A stretch of 63,949 nt of DNA, counting the filler, from Vicugna vicugna (Eukaryota), in the NCBI GenBank assembly GCA_013265495.1. It is 79 parts of 76 records of this genome, joined end to end, with 100 filler letters (N's around TTAATTAATTAA, not from the genome) between each part and the next. Parts side by side here need not be neighbours in the genome. Positions count along the whole stretch, not along the records: positions 49,766 to 50,830 come from MU062333.1; positions 50,931 to 51,385 come from PNXW01023749.1; positions 51,486 to 52,358 come from MU062335.1; positions 52,459 to 53,218 come from PNXW01023753.1; positions 53,319 to 53,817 come from MU062336.1; positions 53,918 to 54,682 come from MU062338.1; positions 54,783 to 55,219 come from PNXW01023767.1; positions 55,320 to 56,102 come from PNXW01023768.1; 71 more parts are not named here. The stretch is one strand, 5' to 3'. The notes beneath the pieces are model-generated. The model did no database searches. It saw nothing but the letters and a program-made list of their open reading frames with translations, and was not told the DNA's origin. Made by a program: the position numbers and the translations under genes. How positions within the stretch are numbered: position 1 is the stretch's first letter; every line of letters starts with the position of its first letter. Shown here in pieces: positions 50,375-61,371 of the stretch.

Positions 50375-50830
50375 TAAATGCTAAGAAATTTAATACAATT
50401 TTAGGTACCACTTCACACCTACCAGGATGGCTATCATTAAAAAAAAAAAAAGACAAGCAATAACAGGAAAGAATGTGAAGAAATTGGAAACATCATACAT
50501 TGCTTTGAGTCGGGGGGATGTAAAATAGTGAAGCCAATTTGTAAGGCAGCTGGTTCTTCAAANNNNNNNNNNNNNNNNNNNNNNNNNNNNNNNNNNNNNN
50601 NNNNNNNNNNNNNNNNNNNNNNNNNNNNNNNNNNNNNNNNNNNNNNNNNNNNNNNNNNNNNNNNNNNNNNNNNNNNNNNNNNNNNNNNNNNNNNNNNNNN
50701 NNNNNNNNNNNNNNNNNNNNNNNNNNNNNNNNNNNNGGGATGTAAAGAAGCCAATTTGTAAGGCAGCTGGTTCTTCAAATAGTTGAAGAAAGAATTATCA
50801 TATGATCCAGCAACTCCACTGTTATGCCCA
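50375..50830 (+). mobile_element. Older LINE-1 ORF2 3' fragment
   Basis: TACCACTTCACACCTACCAGGATGGCTAT, GAAATTGGAAAC.TCATACATTGCT, CATATGATCCAGCAACTCCACT. Confidence 0.85.
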
Positions 50831-50930
50831 NNNNNNNNNNNNNNNNNNNNNNNNNNNNNNNNNNNNNNNNNNNNTTAATTAATTAANNNNNNNNNNNNNN
50901 NNNNNNNNNNNNNNNNNNNNNNNNNNNNNN

Positions 50931-51385
50931 CTAAGCAGACTAGATAATGCAGAGGGAAGCGTGAAAGTCTGTGAATTCAGAGGCACAGAAATCACTCGGT
51001 CAGGAGCAGACATAGGAAAGCAAGTGCAAAGCAAGGAAAACATTGCTGTTGAATCCTGGGGTAAGAAAAGGCATGAAAGACTAGGATTTGTAACAGTCCC
51101 AGATGGGAAAGCAAGAGATAAAGAGAAAAAAAAAATGTCTGAAATGTTACCTGTAGGAAACTCAGACTGAAACTTGCTGAAAGCCAAGACAGAATCATCT
51201 ATGCGAATTCAGGAAGTACACAGCGTCCAAAGGAGGTGGAATCCCAATACACCTATCAGCAGCTGTAGGATTCAAATCAACCCAGTGATTTAAAATGCGC
51301 CTGGAGGAAAGCAACCTAGTTACAAGAGAACCTCCAGAGAGGTTTCAGATGATATCTCGGCAGCAATATTGCAGGACAGGGAGGA
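50931..51385 (+). mobile_element. Diverged L1 ORF1 relic, copy 2 (paralog of 46399-46874)
   Basis: Shares GAAAACATTGCTGTTGAATCCTGG, GCGAATTCAGGAAGTACACA and CCCAGTGATTTAAAATGCGCCTGGAGGAAAGCAAC. Confidence 0.85.
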
Positions 51386-51485
51386 NNNNNNNNNNNNNNN
51401 NNNNNNNNNNNNNNNNNNNNNNNNNNNNNTTAATTAATTAANNNNNNNNNNNNNNNNNNNNNNNNNNNNNNNNNNNNNNNNNNNN

Positions 51486-52358
51486 AGTGCTTTTTCCACA
51501 GAAACATAGTTTTGAGCGATTTCCACCTAATGGATATATAATTTACATGAATTCCAACAACATGGCATTTCGGGTTCCGTACATGCTACATGTATGACGG
51601 ATTCGGCAATCATGCATTGCTGACTTGTGAGCATGTGGATTACTGACCTTTCAACCTCCGAAAAAGGCGTATATACACTTAGAAATATCTACTCTGACCT
51701 CATGGTTTTTTCTATCACCAGGTTCTAAAATCGGACATTTGGCACCAGAAATCACTCTTTGAGCGAATTCNNNNNNNNNNNNNNNNNNNNNNNNNNNNNN
51801 NNNNNNNNNNNNNNNNNNNNNNNNNNNNNNNNNNNNNNNNNNNNNNNNNNNNNNNNNNNNNNNNNNNNNNNNNNNNNNNNNNNNNNNNNNNNNNNNNNNN
51901 NNNNNNNNNNNNNNNNNNNNNNNNNNNNNNNNNNNNNNNNNNNNNNNNNNNNNNNNNNNNNNNNNNNNNNNNNNNNNNNNNNNNNNNNNNNNNNNNNNNN
52001 NNNNNNNNNNNNNNNNNNNNNNNNNNNNNNNNNNNNNNNNNNNNNNNNNNNNNNNNNNNNNNNNNNNNNNNNNNNNNNNNNNNNNNNNNNNNNNNNNNNN
52101 NNAATATACATTCCTGAGTTGAGTTCATCTGGATTATTAATCTTTCCTCCTCTAAAAAAGTAATATTTTCATCTAGACACGTGTACACATTTTCACAAGC
52201 TTTCCCTAACACCAGGTTCGAATTCGTGCATTTCTCACAAAAAAATATTTCTGGAGCGATTTCCTCGTAACAGGTATGTAATTTACATGAATTCCATCAA
52301 CATGACATTCCATGTTACGTACATGCTACATGCATGACGGATTCGGCAATCATGCATT
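51486..52358 (-). repeat. SatC
   Basis: Reverse complement of SatC motifs. Confidence 0.92.
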
Positions 52359-52784
52359 NNNNNNNNNNNNNNNNNNNNNNNNNNNNNNNNNNNNNNNNNN
52401 NNTTAATTAATTAANNNNNNNNNNNNNNNNNNNNNNNNNNNNNNNNNNNNNNNNNNNNTCCAGGGTGCTTCCCAAGGGTGGCCAACACTGGAGGGAAAGG
52501 AAGAGTTTCACATGCCCTGCTTTCTCCCCGGAATCACAACTCAATCTATTAATGTGAGGAGGGCTAGCTGTGGGCCAGGGGTCAGGGCTGTGAAGGAAGA
52601 AGCACTCTGCATGGCCCAGAGGAGTGGGGAGGAGGTATCCCTTCCATCAGTTTAAACAGGTGGTGGGATGGAACAGAATGGTGCACCCCAAGAGTTTATA
52701 AAAGGAGAAATAAGAATTTCCTTTGGGTATTAGTCTAGCCAGGAAACACAGAAGATGATTAGGAAGGAGACTTGTAAACCACTG

Positions 52785-53020
52785 TAATATTAAGTTGACA
52801 TTTGTTGAGCACCAAAAATGTGCTACATTCTTTTCTGATCGTTTTACAGAAATGAATCCTTCAATCTTCTCAACAAGCGAGTAAGGAAGGTTTGATTGTT
52901 AACCCAGTTTTACAGTGTGGAAATTGAGGCACACAGGGTAAATTGGCCAAGGTCACAGAACTAGTAAGTGGCAGAGCTAGTATTTTAACCCTGGCTATAT
53001 GGTATTGTGGCTCCCAGAAT
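52785..53020 (-). mobile_element. MIR SINE
   Basis: ACATTTGTTGAGCAC...CCCAGTTTTACAG..GGAAATTGAGGCAC...GCCAAGGTCACAGAACTAGTAAGTGGCAGAGCT. Confidence 0.85.
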
Positions 53021-53917
53021 GGGCTTTGGGTGTTTAGATGTATCTGCACCCCTCCATTTCTGTACGTCTGTGCATCAGTTAGCCCAGAAAGGACAGGGAA
53101 AGGAGAGATACAAAGGTAAAGGTGCTCACAGTTGTGTCTCGGCAACTGTCCAAAGAGTACACCATGATTAGCGTTAATTGTTTTCCAGGCAGCAGATCTG
53201 TTGATATAACAGAAATTTNNNNNNNNNNNNNNNNNNNNNNNNNNNNNNNNNNNNNNNNNNNNTTAATTAATTAANNNNNNNNNNNNNNNNNNNNNNNNNN
53301 NNNNNNNNNNNNNNNNNNTTTATTAAATACCCTTTCATGCTAGAAACAAATGTATTATACACAAAAACAGCACACAAATCAAGGTAGTACCGTGGTTACA
53401 AACGTGGGTCCGAGTTCGAGTCCTGCTCTGGAGTGACCAGTCCTGTGAGATGGAGAAATGGTAGGTCGGCTTAGCCTCTCCAGAACTGGTTTTCTGTCCT
53501 GCAGAGACGGGGCTCCCTAGGCGTCCCCCCCCCCGTAGAGGTGCTGTGGGGTGTAAATGACGCATGNNNNNNNNNNNNNNNNNNNNNNNNNNNNNNNNNN
53601 NNNNNNNNNNNNNNNNNNNNNNNNNNNNNNNNNNNNNNNNNNNNNNNNNNNNNNNNNNNNNNNNNNNNNNNNNNNNNNNNNNNNNNNNNNNNNNNNNNNN
53701 NNNNNNNNNNNNNNNNNNNNNNNNNNNNNNNNNNNNNNNNNNNNNNTTTACAAAGTACATATTGTAGATATGTTTTTCAAGCACGCATGCTTTTTTCTTT
53801 TACTATATAAGTTCTACNNNNNNNNNNNNNNNNNNNNNNNNNNNNNNNNNNNNNNNNNNNNTTAATTAATTAANNNNNNNNNNNNNNNNNNNNNNNNNNN
53901 NNNNNNNNNNNNNNNNN

Positions 53918-54682
53918 CCATATATATGTATGGAGTGGAGATTGCAATTGAAAAGAAACTTTTTTGTTCCCTTCAAACTAGGTGAAGGACGGCTTTATCA
54001 CACACTTATCTCTCAGAACTGAACATGTGGAGAGAAGTTCGTTCATCCAGCACAAAGAAAACGGGTTGCAGAGGAAACACTTACTCTGGTTTCTCAGTCT
54101 GTTTCCTAGTGCCGGTTTGAAGTCCGTGCAGTTTTCACTGTAAAACCGAGTTGGNNNNNNNNNNNNNNNNNNNNNNNNNNNNNNNNNNNNNNNNNNNNNN
54201 NNNNNNNNNNNNNNNNNNNNNNNNNNNNNNNNNNNNNNNNNNNNNNNNNNNNNNNNNNNNNNNNNNNNNNNNNNNNNNNNNNNNNNNNNNNNNNNNNNNN
54301 NNNNNNNNNNNNNNNNNNNNNNNNNNNNNNNNNNNNNNNNNNNNNNNNNNNNNNNNNNNNNNNNNNNNNNNNNNNNNNNNNNNNNNNNNNNNNNNNNNNN
54401 NNNNNNNNNNNNNNNNNNNNNNNNNNNNNNNNNNNNNNNNNNNNNNNNNNNNNNNNNNNNNNNNNNNNNNNNNNNNNNNNNNNNNNNNNNNNNNNNNNNN
54501 NNNNNNNNNNNNNNNNNNNNNNNNNNNNNNNNNNNNNNNNNNNNNNNNNNNNNNNNNNNNNNNNNNNNNNNNNNNNNNNNNNNNNNNNNNNNNNNNTTTG
54601 AAGTGCCTGCCGTTTTCACTGTAAAACCGATTTGGAACCAATACCTCCCCATATATATGTATGGAGTGGAGTTTGCAACTGA
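53918..54682 (-). repeat. SatD (gapped)
   Basis: CCATATATATGTATGGAGTGGAG, CAGTTTTCACTGTAAAACCGAGTTGG. Confidence 0.92.
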
Positions 54683-55319
54683 NNNNNNNNNNNNNNNNNN
54701 NNNNNNNNNNNNNNNNNNNNNNNNNNTTAATTAATTAANNNNNNNNNNNNNNNNNNNNNNNNNNNNNNNNNNNNNNNNNNNNTTTCTCTCTGGCTTGTAT
54801 CCCAGCCAGCGGCTTAGCGGCCCAAGCACTTCCCTCACGCTGCATGTGTCAGGGTCTTTCTCCCAGTGGTCTGTTCAGGGGTCATCTTCTGAAAACACTA
54901 AGACCAATTCAAATTCTGAACTAGGAGGATGACCCGTTTTATGTTCCCCAAATGTTTCTAGCAAGTTACCCCATGTTTTGTTTGTTTTCTTCAATAGTCC
55001 TACCTTACTGCCGTTCCGGGAGACAAGAGAATATCATTTAGCAGGATGTTTAAAAGTAGTTTTCTGTCAACTTACACCTGAAGAGGACAGCTCTTGCCCA
55101 TTTGATACTGTTGTGCTAATAAATTTTAAGGAATGGCTGATCTTTCTTTTTTTTTTTGCCTTGTGGGATATTGTGTTCATAGTAGGAGAAACTCTTACAA
55201 CAGTGTTTACACTTGGAATNNNNNNNNNNNNNNNNNNNNNNNNNNNNNNNNNNNNNNNNNNNNTTAATTAATTAANNNNNNNNNNNNNNNNNNNNNNNNN
55301 NNNNNNNNNNNNNNNNNNN

Positions 55320-55745
55320 TCTATTTAAACTAATCATGAAGAGAAGAGCAAACAAAACCAAAAAAAGCAGAAAGTGGGAAAATAAAGATCAAGGAAGAAA
55401 GAATTGAAGTAAAGATTAAAAAATAGAAAAAATCAATCAAACTGTTTCTTGAAATAGTCAACAAATCTGACAAAACTCAGTACAGGCTCACCAACAAGAA
55501 AAGAGAGAGAACACAAATAACATAAGAAATGAAAATGGGGAAAATACAAAGAGTACATGAAATTTGCAAAATATCTTAAGGGTATACCATGAACAACTGC
55601 ATGGAAACCAACTGGAAAACCTAGAAGAAATGGAGAAGTTTCAGGAATTTTGCTGCAAATAAAATTCACATAATAATTTCAATAAGTGCAAAAAGAGCAT
55701 TGTATATAATACAACATACTTTTAAGATACTCCCAACAAATTAAA
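55320..55745 (+). mobile_element. Diverged LINE-1 ORF2 fragments
   Basis: GAAGAGCAAACAAAACCAAAA..AGCAGAA, AAATCTGACAAAAC, GGAAAACCTAGAAGAAATGGA. Confidence 0.8.
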
Positions 55746-55752
55746 TTAACCC

Positions 55753-56055
55753 TGTCAGTGGCACGATATCATATACACAGAAATACGGTGTGGAGAGCAG
55801 CAGAGCAGTTCTCTTTTTATTGATTCTTAGAAAAAGGGTTTATATAGGACATTCACAATGACTCACATAACATCTAACTTATAACAATGTTAATAATCTT
55901 AAACTATTTATGTCCTCATGCTCCTGCAGTAAGCACAGGATGTTAAATGATCAAGGATTGTTTTAAAGTTCATCACGGAACTTCATTAAGTAGGCCATCT
56001 CTTATCCAGCTGTCTGTGCCTGTCTTAGGTTGTCCTCCTCTGAGGATCTTACACA
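55753..56055 (-). mobile_element. ~300-bp solo LTR (TG...CA) inside L1 sequence
   Basis: Minus strand TGTGTAAGATCCTC...CCTATATAAACCC...TCAATAAAAAG...CCACTGACA; homologous to 25118-25408. Confidence 0.75.
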
Positions 56056-56202
56056 TAATGGTGTAACATATGCAAATCAATCAATTGTGATACACCATAT
56101 CANNNNNNNNNNNNNNNNNNNNNNNNNNNNNNNNNNNNNNNNNNNNTTAATTAATTAANNNNNNNNNNNNNNNNNNNNNNNNNNNNNNNNNNNNNNNNNN
56201 NN

Positions 56203-57042
56203 CCCACGCTCATTATTCCGGAAAAATTGTCAGTGCGTGGGGAGCTCGAGCGTCAACTCCACGTAGCTCTCTTCAGTCACAGGTGTTCCCTGTTAGGGAA
56301 GTCCGAGAAATAACTTCCCTGACAAAAGGGAGGCAGCCTTGACACTGGGATATCCTGCAAACCCCCATAGCATTCCCTGGAACAGAGACATTAGGAAAAC
56401 ACTCAGGGGAGACGAGCTTAGGCATTCCGTTTGAACCCACGCGCTACCAACCTTTGGTGGAACCTCCCCACGCTCAAGATTCTGGAACAATTGTCAGTGC
56501 GTGGGGAGCTCGAGAGACAAATCCACGCAGCTCTCTTCAGTCACAGGTGTTCCCTGTTCGAGGAAGTCCGAGAAATACCTTCCCTTACTTTGGGGAGTCA
56601 GCCTCTGTCACTGGGATATCCTGCAAACCCCCTTAGCATTCCCTGGCACAGAGAAATTAGGAAAACCCTCAGGGGAGACGAGCTTAGGCATTCCGTTAGA
56701 ACCCACGCGCTGCCGACCGTTCGTGGAACCTCCCCAAGCTCAGGATTCCGGAAATATTGTCAGTGCGTGTGGGAGATCGAGAGACAACTCCATGCAGCTC
56801 TTTTCAGTCACAGGTGTTCCCTGTTCACGGAAGTCCGAGAAAAAACTTCCCTGACATTGGGGAGGCAGCCTCTGTCTCTGGGATATCCTGCAAACCCCCC
56901 TAGCATTCCCTGGCACAGAGACATTAGGAAAACCCTCAGGGGAGACGAACATAGGCATTCCGTTAGACCCACACGCTCCATTGGTGGAACCTCCCTTAGC
57001 TTAGGATTCCGGAACCATTGTCAGTGCGTGGGGGAGCTCGAG
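56203..57042 (+). repeat. SatA, about 3 monomers
   Basis: SatA consensus. Confidence 0.95.
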
Positions 57043-57142
57043 NNNNNNNNNNNNNNNNNNNNNNNNNNNNNNNNNNNNNNNNNNNNTTAATTAATTAANN
57101 NNNNNNNNNNNNNNNNNNNNNNNNNNNNNNNNNNNNNNNNNN

Positions 57143-57567
57143 AGAGCTGCGTGGAATTTCCTCTCGAGATCCCCCACGCACTGACAATGTGTGCGGAATC
57201 CTGAGCGTGCGGAGGTTCCACCAACGGTCGGCATCGTGTGGGTTCTAACGGAATGCCTAAGTTCGTCTCCCCTGAGGATTTTCCTAATATCCCTGTGCCA
57301 GGGAATGCTAGGGGGGATTGCAGGATTTCCCAGTGACAGAGGTTGCCTCCCCAAGGTCAGGGAATGTATTTCACGGACTTCCCCGAACGGGGAAGACCTG
57401 TGACTTAAAAGAGATGCGTGAAGTTGTCTCTCGAGCTCCCCCACGCACTGACAACGGCAGAATCCTGATCGTGGGGAGGTAACTCCACAGGTCGGCAGCG
57501 CGTGGGTTCTAACAGAATGACGAAGCTCGTCTCCCCTGAGGGTTTTCCTAATTTCCCTGTGCCAGGG
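57143..57567 (-). repeat. SatA
   Basis: SatA consensus. Confidence 0.95.
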
Positions 57568-57667
57568 NNNNNNNNNNNNNNNNNNNNNNNNNNNNNNNNN
57601 NNNNNNNNNNNTTAATTAATTAANNNNNNNNNNNNNNNNNNNNNNNNNNNNNNNNNNNNNNNNNNNN

Positions 57668-58002
57668 ACTGTGTCTCTCACCCCACTCACTGACTGTCAC
57701 CTCCTCCCTGCCAACTCCAAGACTCCACGTTCAGAAGCCACTCTGAGCTTTTGAAGAACATTTTGCTTCATGACACTGTTGACTAGGACCTGCGACCTCT
57801 CTGTCCCTGGTAAACTCTCTCTTCAAAGCTATTTATATTTTTTGCAGACTCCTCTGCTAAGATGTAAGAATAGCCTCTTTAAACTTCTTGATGCAGCTCC
57901 TTAATGAAGATCATGTGAAGGAAACCTAGCCAAAACCTGGGAGGTATGCACATAGTGACTGCAACCTCAGCACTTTGTGAAGTTCAGAATCAGAGGGGTG
58001 GG
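57668..58002. repeat. Multicopy segment, copy 2 (inverted paralog of 884-1218)
   Basis: Reverse-complement similarity. Confidence 0.9.
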
Positions 58003-58471
58003 AGACTCAGGAAAGGCTTTTTTAAGATAACAAGGGGAAAGTGCAAGGATGCAAGCTGTGTGAGAAAGAAACATCTAGGTCTCAGCCAGCAAGGCACCTG
58101 AGTTCAGGATGGTGTTTGGAGAGTGCAGAATTCTCACAAAAAAGAAGTGGTGGCATGGGAGGGTGGACAGTTGGGTACTTTACTGGGGAGGGAAAAAGTG
58201 GGCTGAACATTTCCTGGTTGAACAAGAGGATTGTGACATGATGTGCTTGTATTTTGGAGAGAAGGGTTTTGTGAGTACAGGCCTAGGAGTACGCTGTCTG
58301 NNNNNNNNNNNNNNNNNNNNNNNNNNNNNNNNNNNNNNNNNNNNNNNNNNNNNNNNNNNNNNNNNNNNNNAGAGCCCCAGTGCTGGGGGAGAGGCTGCCC
58401 GCCAATTGGAGCCCTGAAGGCTGCTTCGTTCCCTTAGCTGGGGCCACAGAGCTCCGTTCACAACCCACTCC

Positions 58472-58702
58472 TGTTGATACAAGGAAAAAAAAAACGTTGG
58501 GCATGAGAAGGGCTGTGTCCCATGTTTTGGTTTAGACCCTGGGATATGCCCCACCATATTTTATTCCTTGGCTTCATGCAGTAAAGAATTCAACAGCAAG
58601 CCAGTGTTGAGTAAAGGTAGATTTATTCAGAGAGATACATTGAAAGGCAAGAGGAATGTCATGAGATTTGGGGGTTTGATGCTCAGATTAAAGGTAGGTA
58701 CA
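58472..58702 (-). mobile_element. ERV1-type LTR 3' end (U5/R)
   Basis: Begins TGTTGATAC; CTTGGCTTCATGCAGTAAAGAATTCAACAGCAAGCCAG...GTAAAGGTAGATTTATT (antisense AATAAA) resembles ERV1 LTR U5 regions. Confidence 0.6.
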
Positions 58703-58802
58703 NNNNNNNNNNNNNNNNNNNNNNNNNNNNNNNNNNNNNNNNNNNNTTAATTAATTAANNNNNNNNNNNNNNNNNNNNNNNNNNNNNNNNNNNNNNNNNN
58801 NN

Positions 58803-59673
58803 AGGAGAACAAGAGAGTTCTGCCCCTCCCCAGGGGAAAGCCCAGACTTTGGGCTGCATGCACTGCGCCCACCCCCCAGGAGAAGAATAAACTGGAGAAG
58901 GGAGTTCTGTGAAACTGGGGCAGCAAAGGTTGAGATGGGAACAAATTGACCAGCTGGCCAGGGACAGCCCCCTCCGTCGCTGCCTTGGCGGCTNNNNNNN
59001 NNNNNNNNNNNNNNNNNNNNNNNNNNNNNNNNNNNNNNNNNNNNNNTGCTTTGCGACCTGGGGCAACAGAGGCTGCCCTCAGGCCAAGCTGCGGAAGAGA
59101 TGGGAGCTAAACCACCAGCTCCCAAGCGGCAGGCTCCATACCCCCGCCAACACAACGATGCCCCCGCACCCTACTGCAACCCCGGGGAAATATGACCCGG
59201 AGAAGTTTTACCTGGGAATGAGGGGCAGCAGAGGCCGTCCCCACGTCAGGCCTCCAGAGAGATGGGAGCTTATCCTCCAGCTCACCAGGGGCAGCACCCT
59301 GTCCTCTCCACCCCCTGATCTCACAGTGCCCACCTCCCAGGAGCAACCAGACCGGGTGTGGTGTCAGGCGAATCTTGGGGGGGAGAGGCCGTCCCCAGGC
59401 CAGGTCAGGGGAGAGGAGAAGAAGTGGCCCCATTAGGCGGGGCAGCCGGCCGTCGCAGCTGCCTCTGCCCCTCGACCGCATCGAGCCCGTCTCCCAGGAG
59501 CAAGCTGACCTGGAGACGGGCATCCGGCTTCTTGGGCAGCAGAGGACGCCCCCAGGATTTGCCGCAGGGAAGAGGAGAGAAAATTGACAGGCTCCGTGCT
59601 GCATGTCTTCTACCCCCGCCATCGCCACCCCCCGCACCTTAAAGTCACCGCCCAGGGCGCCCCTCCCCCAGCA
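58803..59673 (+). mobile_element. GC-rich sequence with internal degenerate repeats, probably a LINE-1 5'UTR
   Basis: Recurring GGGCA.CAGAGG.(T/C)GCCC (~59060, 59223, 59534), AAATTGAC (58943, 59581), CTCCCAGGAGCAA (59334, 59491), AGAGATGGGAGCT (59096, 59258). Confidence 0.45.
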
Positions 59674-60124
59674 NNNNNNNNNNNNNNNNNNNNNNNNNNN
59701 NNNNNNNNNNNNNNNNNTTAATTAATTAANNNNNNNNNNNNNNNNNNNNNNNNNNNNNNNNNNNNNNNNNNNNTTCCTTAGGGACCGGTTTGTAAAACAA
59801 AGCTTATCTCACTGTAATTAATAATAATAATAAAAACCTGTTAATTTACACGTAATGAGTTGATATCTGGATGGTAGTTTAAACCTTATATTCAGAATGG
59901 GTACCTGCCATGATGGGTTTTTGTTATATCAAAGATGCAGGTTTGCAGATGTTTCTGGGTAACCTAAAGTGCATGGTACCTCTCATTGATGCTTCATCAA
60001 AATGAGATTGTGCCTCTTTCTAGAAAGTACAGTGAGGCNNNNNNNNNNNNNNNNNNNNNNNNNNNNNNNNNNNNNNNNNNNNNNNNNNNNNNNNNNNNNN
60101 NCTTCTCATCTGCATCTGTTATTA

Positions 60125-60270
60125 TATGCGTTGCTTTGGGCAAGCCACTTGACTTCTTCCTGTAAAGTGTGAATAATAATAATAATACTTCTTTCACAGA
60201 GTTATGGAGGGAATTAAAGCATAGGAAAGCACCTGCCAATGTTTCTGACATACAGTTCAAATGCAATAGA
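60125..60270 (+). mobile_element. MIR SINE fragment
   Basis: TTTGGGCAAGCCACTTGAC...CTGTAAAGTG...ATAATAATACT...CACAGAGTTATGGAGGG.ATTAAA. Confidence 0.75.
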
Positions 60271-60619
60271 TAGGTTTTAGTTTTTCCTTCCTTACTCTGA
60301 GCCCACTCTTTTCNNNNNNNNNNNNNNNNNNNNNNNNNNNNNNNNNNNNNNNNNNNNTTAATTAATTAANNNNNNNNNNNNNNNNNNNNNNNNNNNNNNN
60401 NNNNNNNNNNNNNTACAGTTTTTGGTTTAAATATTTTCAGCTGTTCAGCATGCTGGCACATGGAGGATTGCATTGTGGACTCATACGCAGCACTACTTCT
60501 TGGGTGTCTCTGCCAAGAGAGTCCGCTAATAGTTCAGTGTTGTTTTATGTGTCTTAAAAAGATTCCATTGTGACAGCTTCATATTATTACCTAACTAACT
60601 TATGATTTTTTTCTTACCC

Positions 60620-61120
60620 CCTCACATTTGGTGAAATTTAGAAGATACATGTCAAAGTAAGAATATATTGGGTTTAATGAGGAAACTCCCAGGCTAATGG
60701 AGGAATGGATTTACTGTGCCATTGGTTGAAGTCAAAGAGAACGTCATCTACAACCTGTGCCCAACTGGCTTCAGGTGCAAAAATCCAGCCTCAGTGAGAG
60801 CATCAAAGACTCAATTTCTGTCTTTACACTCTGCTGTCCCCTGCATGTCATCTTGTCTTTTGCTAGCTGTCTTCACGGCCCTGTGCTGACTCTAGCTACG
60901 TGACTTGTCTACTTAACTAATGTCCAGTGGAAGAAGGTGGCCTCTTCTCGTATGTTTATTTCTAAGAGCAATGGTTTCTTTCCCCTAGGACCCCTACACA
61001 CCCACTGCAAAAAGTAGGCTTCCCCTCACCTTGGCCAAGATTGATGGCTCACTTTGTTTGATCTACCCACTGGCCAGGGAAATGGGATTACTACATGAGA
61101 TTTAGATCATCATGATTTAA
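60620..61120 (-). mobile_element. Ancient MaLR (MLT1-like) LTR
   Basis: CTGGCTTCAGG...ATCCAG, CTCTGCTGTCCCCTGCATG, TTGGCCAAGATTG, CACTGGCCAGGGAAATGGGATTAC. Confidence 0.55.
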
Positions 61121-61371
61121 CTGTGAGAAATATGTGAGTGTCTAGACATTTGGGCTGAATCAGCCCAGAAGTGGACAGGTTCTGGCTATTGGGATGGTCT
61201 CCTTTAAAAAGGGGAACACATGAATATTTTTAACAGACAAGCTCAGTAGAAGAGCCAGATTTTAAAATAAANNNNNNNNNNNNNNNNNNNNNNNNNNNNN
61301 NNNNNNNNNNNNNNNTTAATTAATTAANNNNNNNNNNNNNNNNNNNNNNNNNNNNNNNNNNNNNNNNNNNN

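Noticed and set aside
53319..53817. Minus-strand 3'UTR ending at an AATAAA signal
   Set aside because: Only a hexamer at the contig edge and UTR-like composition; no gene identifiable
56431..57090. Recurring SatA ORFs (GELERQLHAALFSHRCSLFGEVRE...) as a protein family
   Set aside because: 267 bp is divisible by 3 and the unit is GC-rich, so several frames stay open by chance; copies show random stops and frameshifts and no recognisable domain
58909..59642. Overlapping 94-176-aa ORFs in a GC-rich scaffold
   Set aside because: Open frames on both strands are expected at this GC content; internal repeats suggest a retroelement UTR
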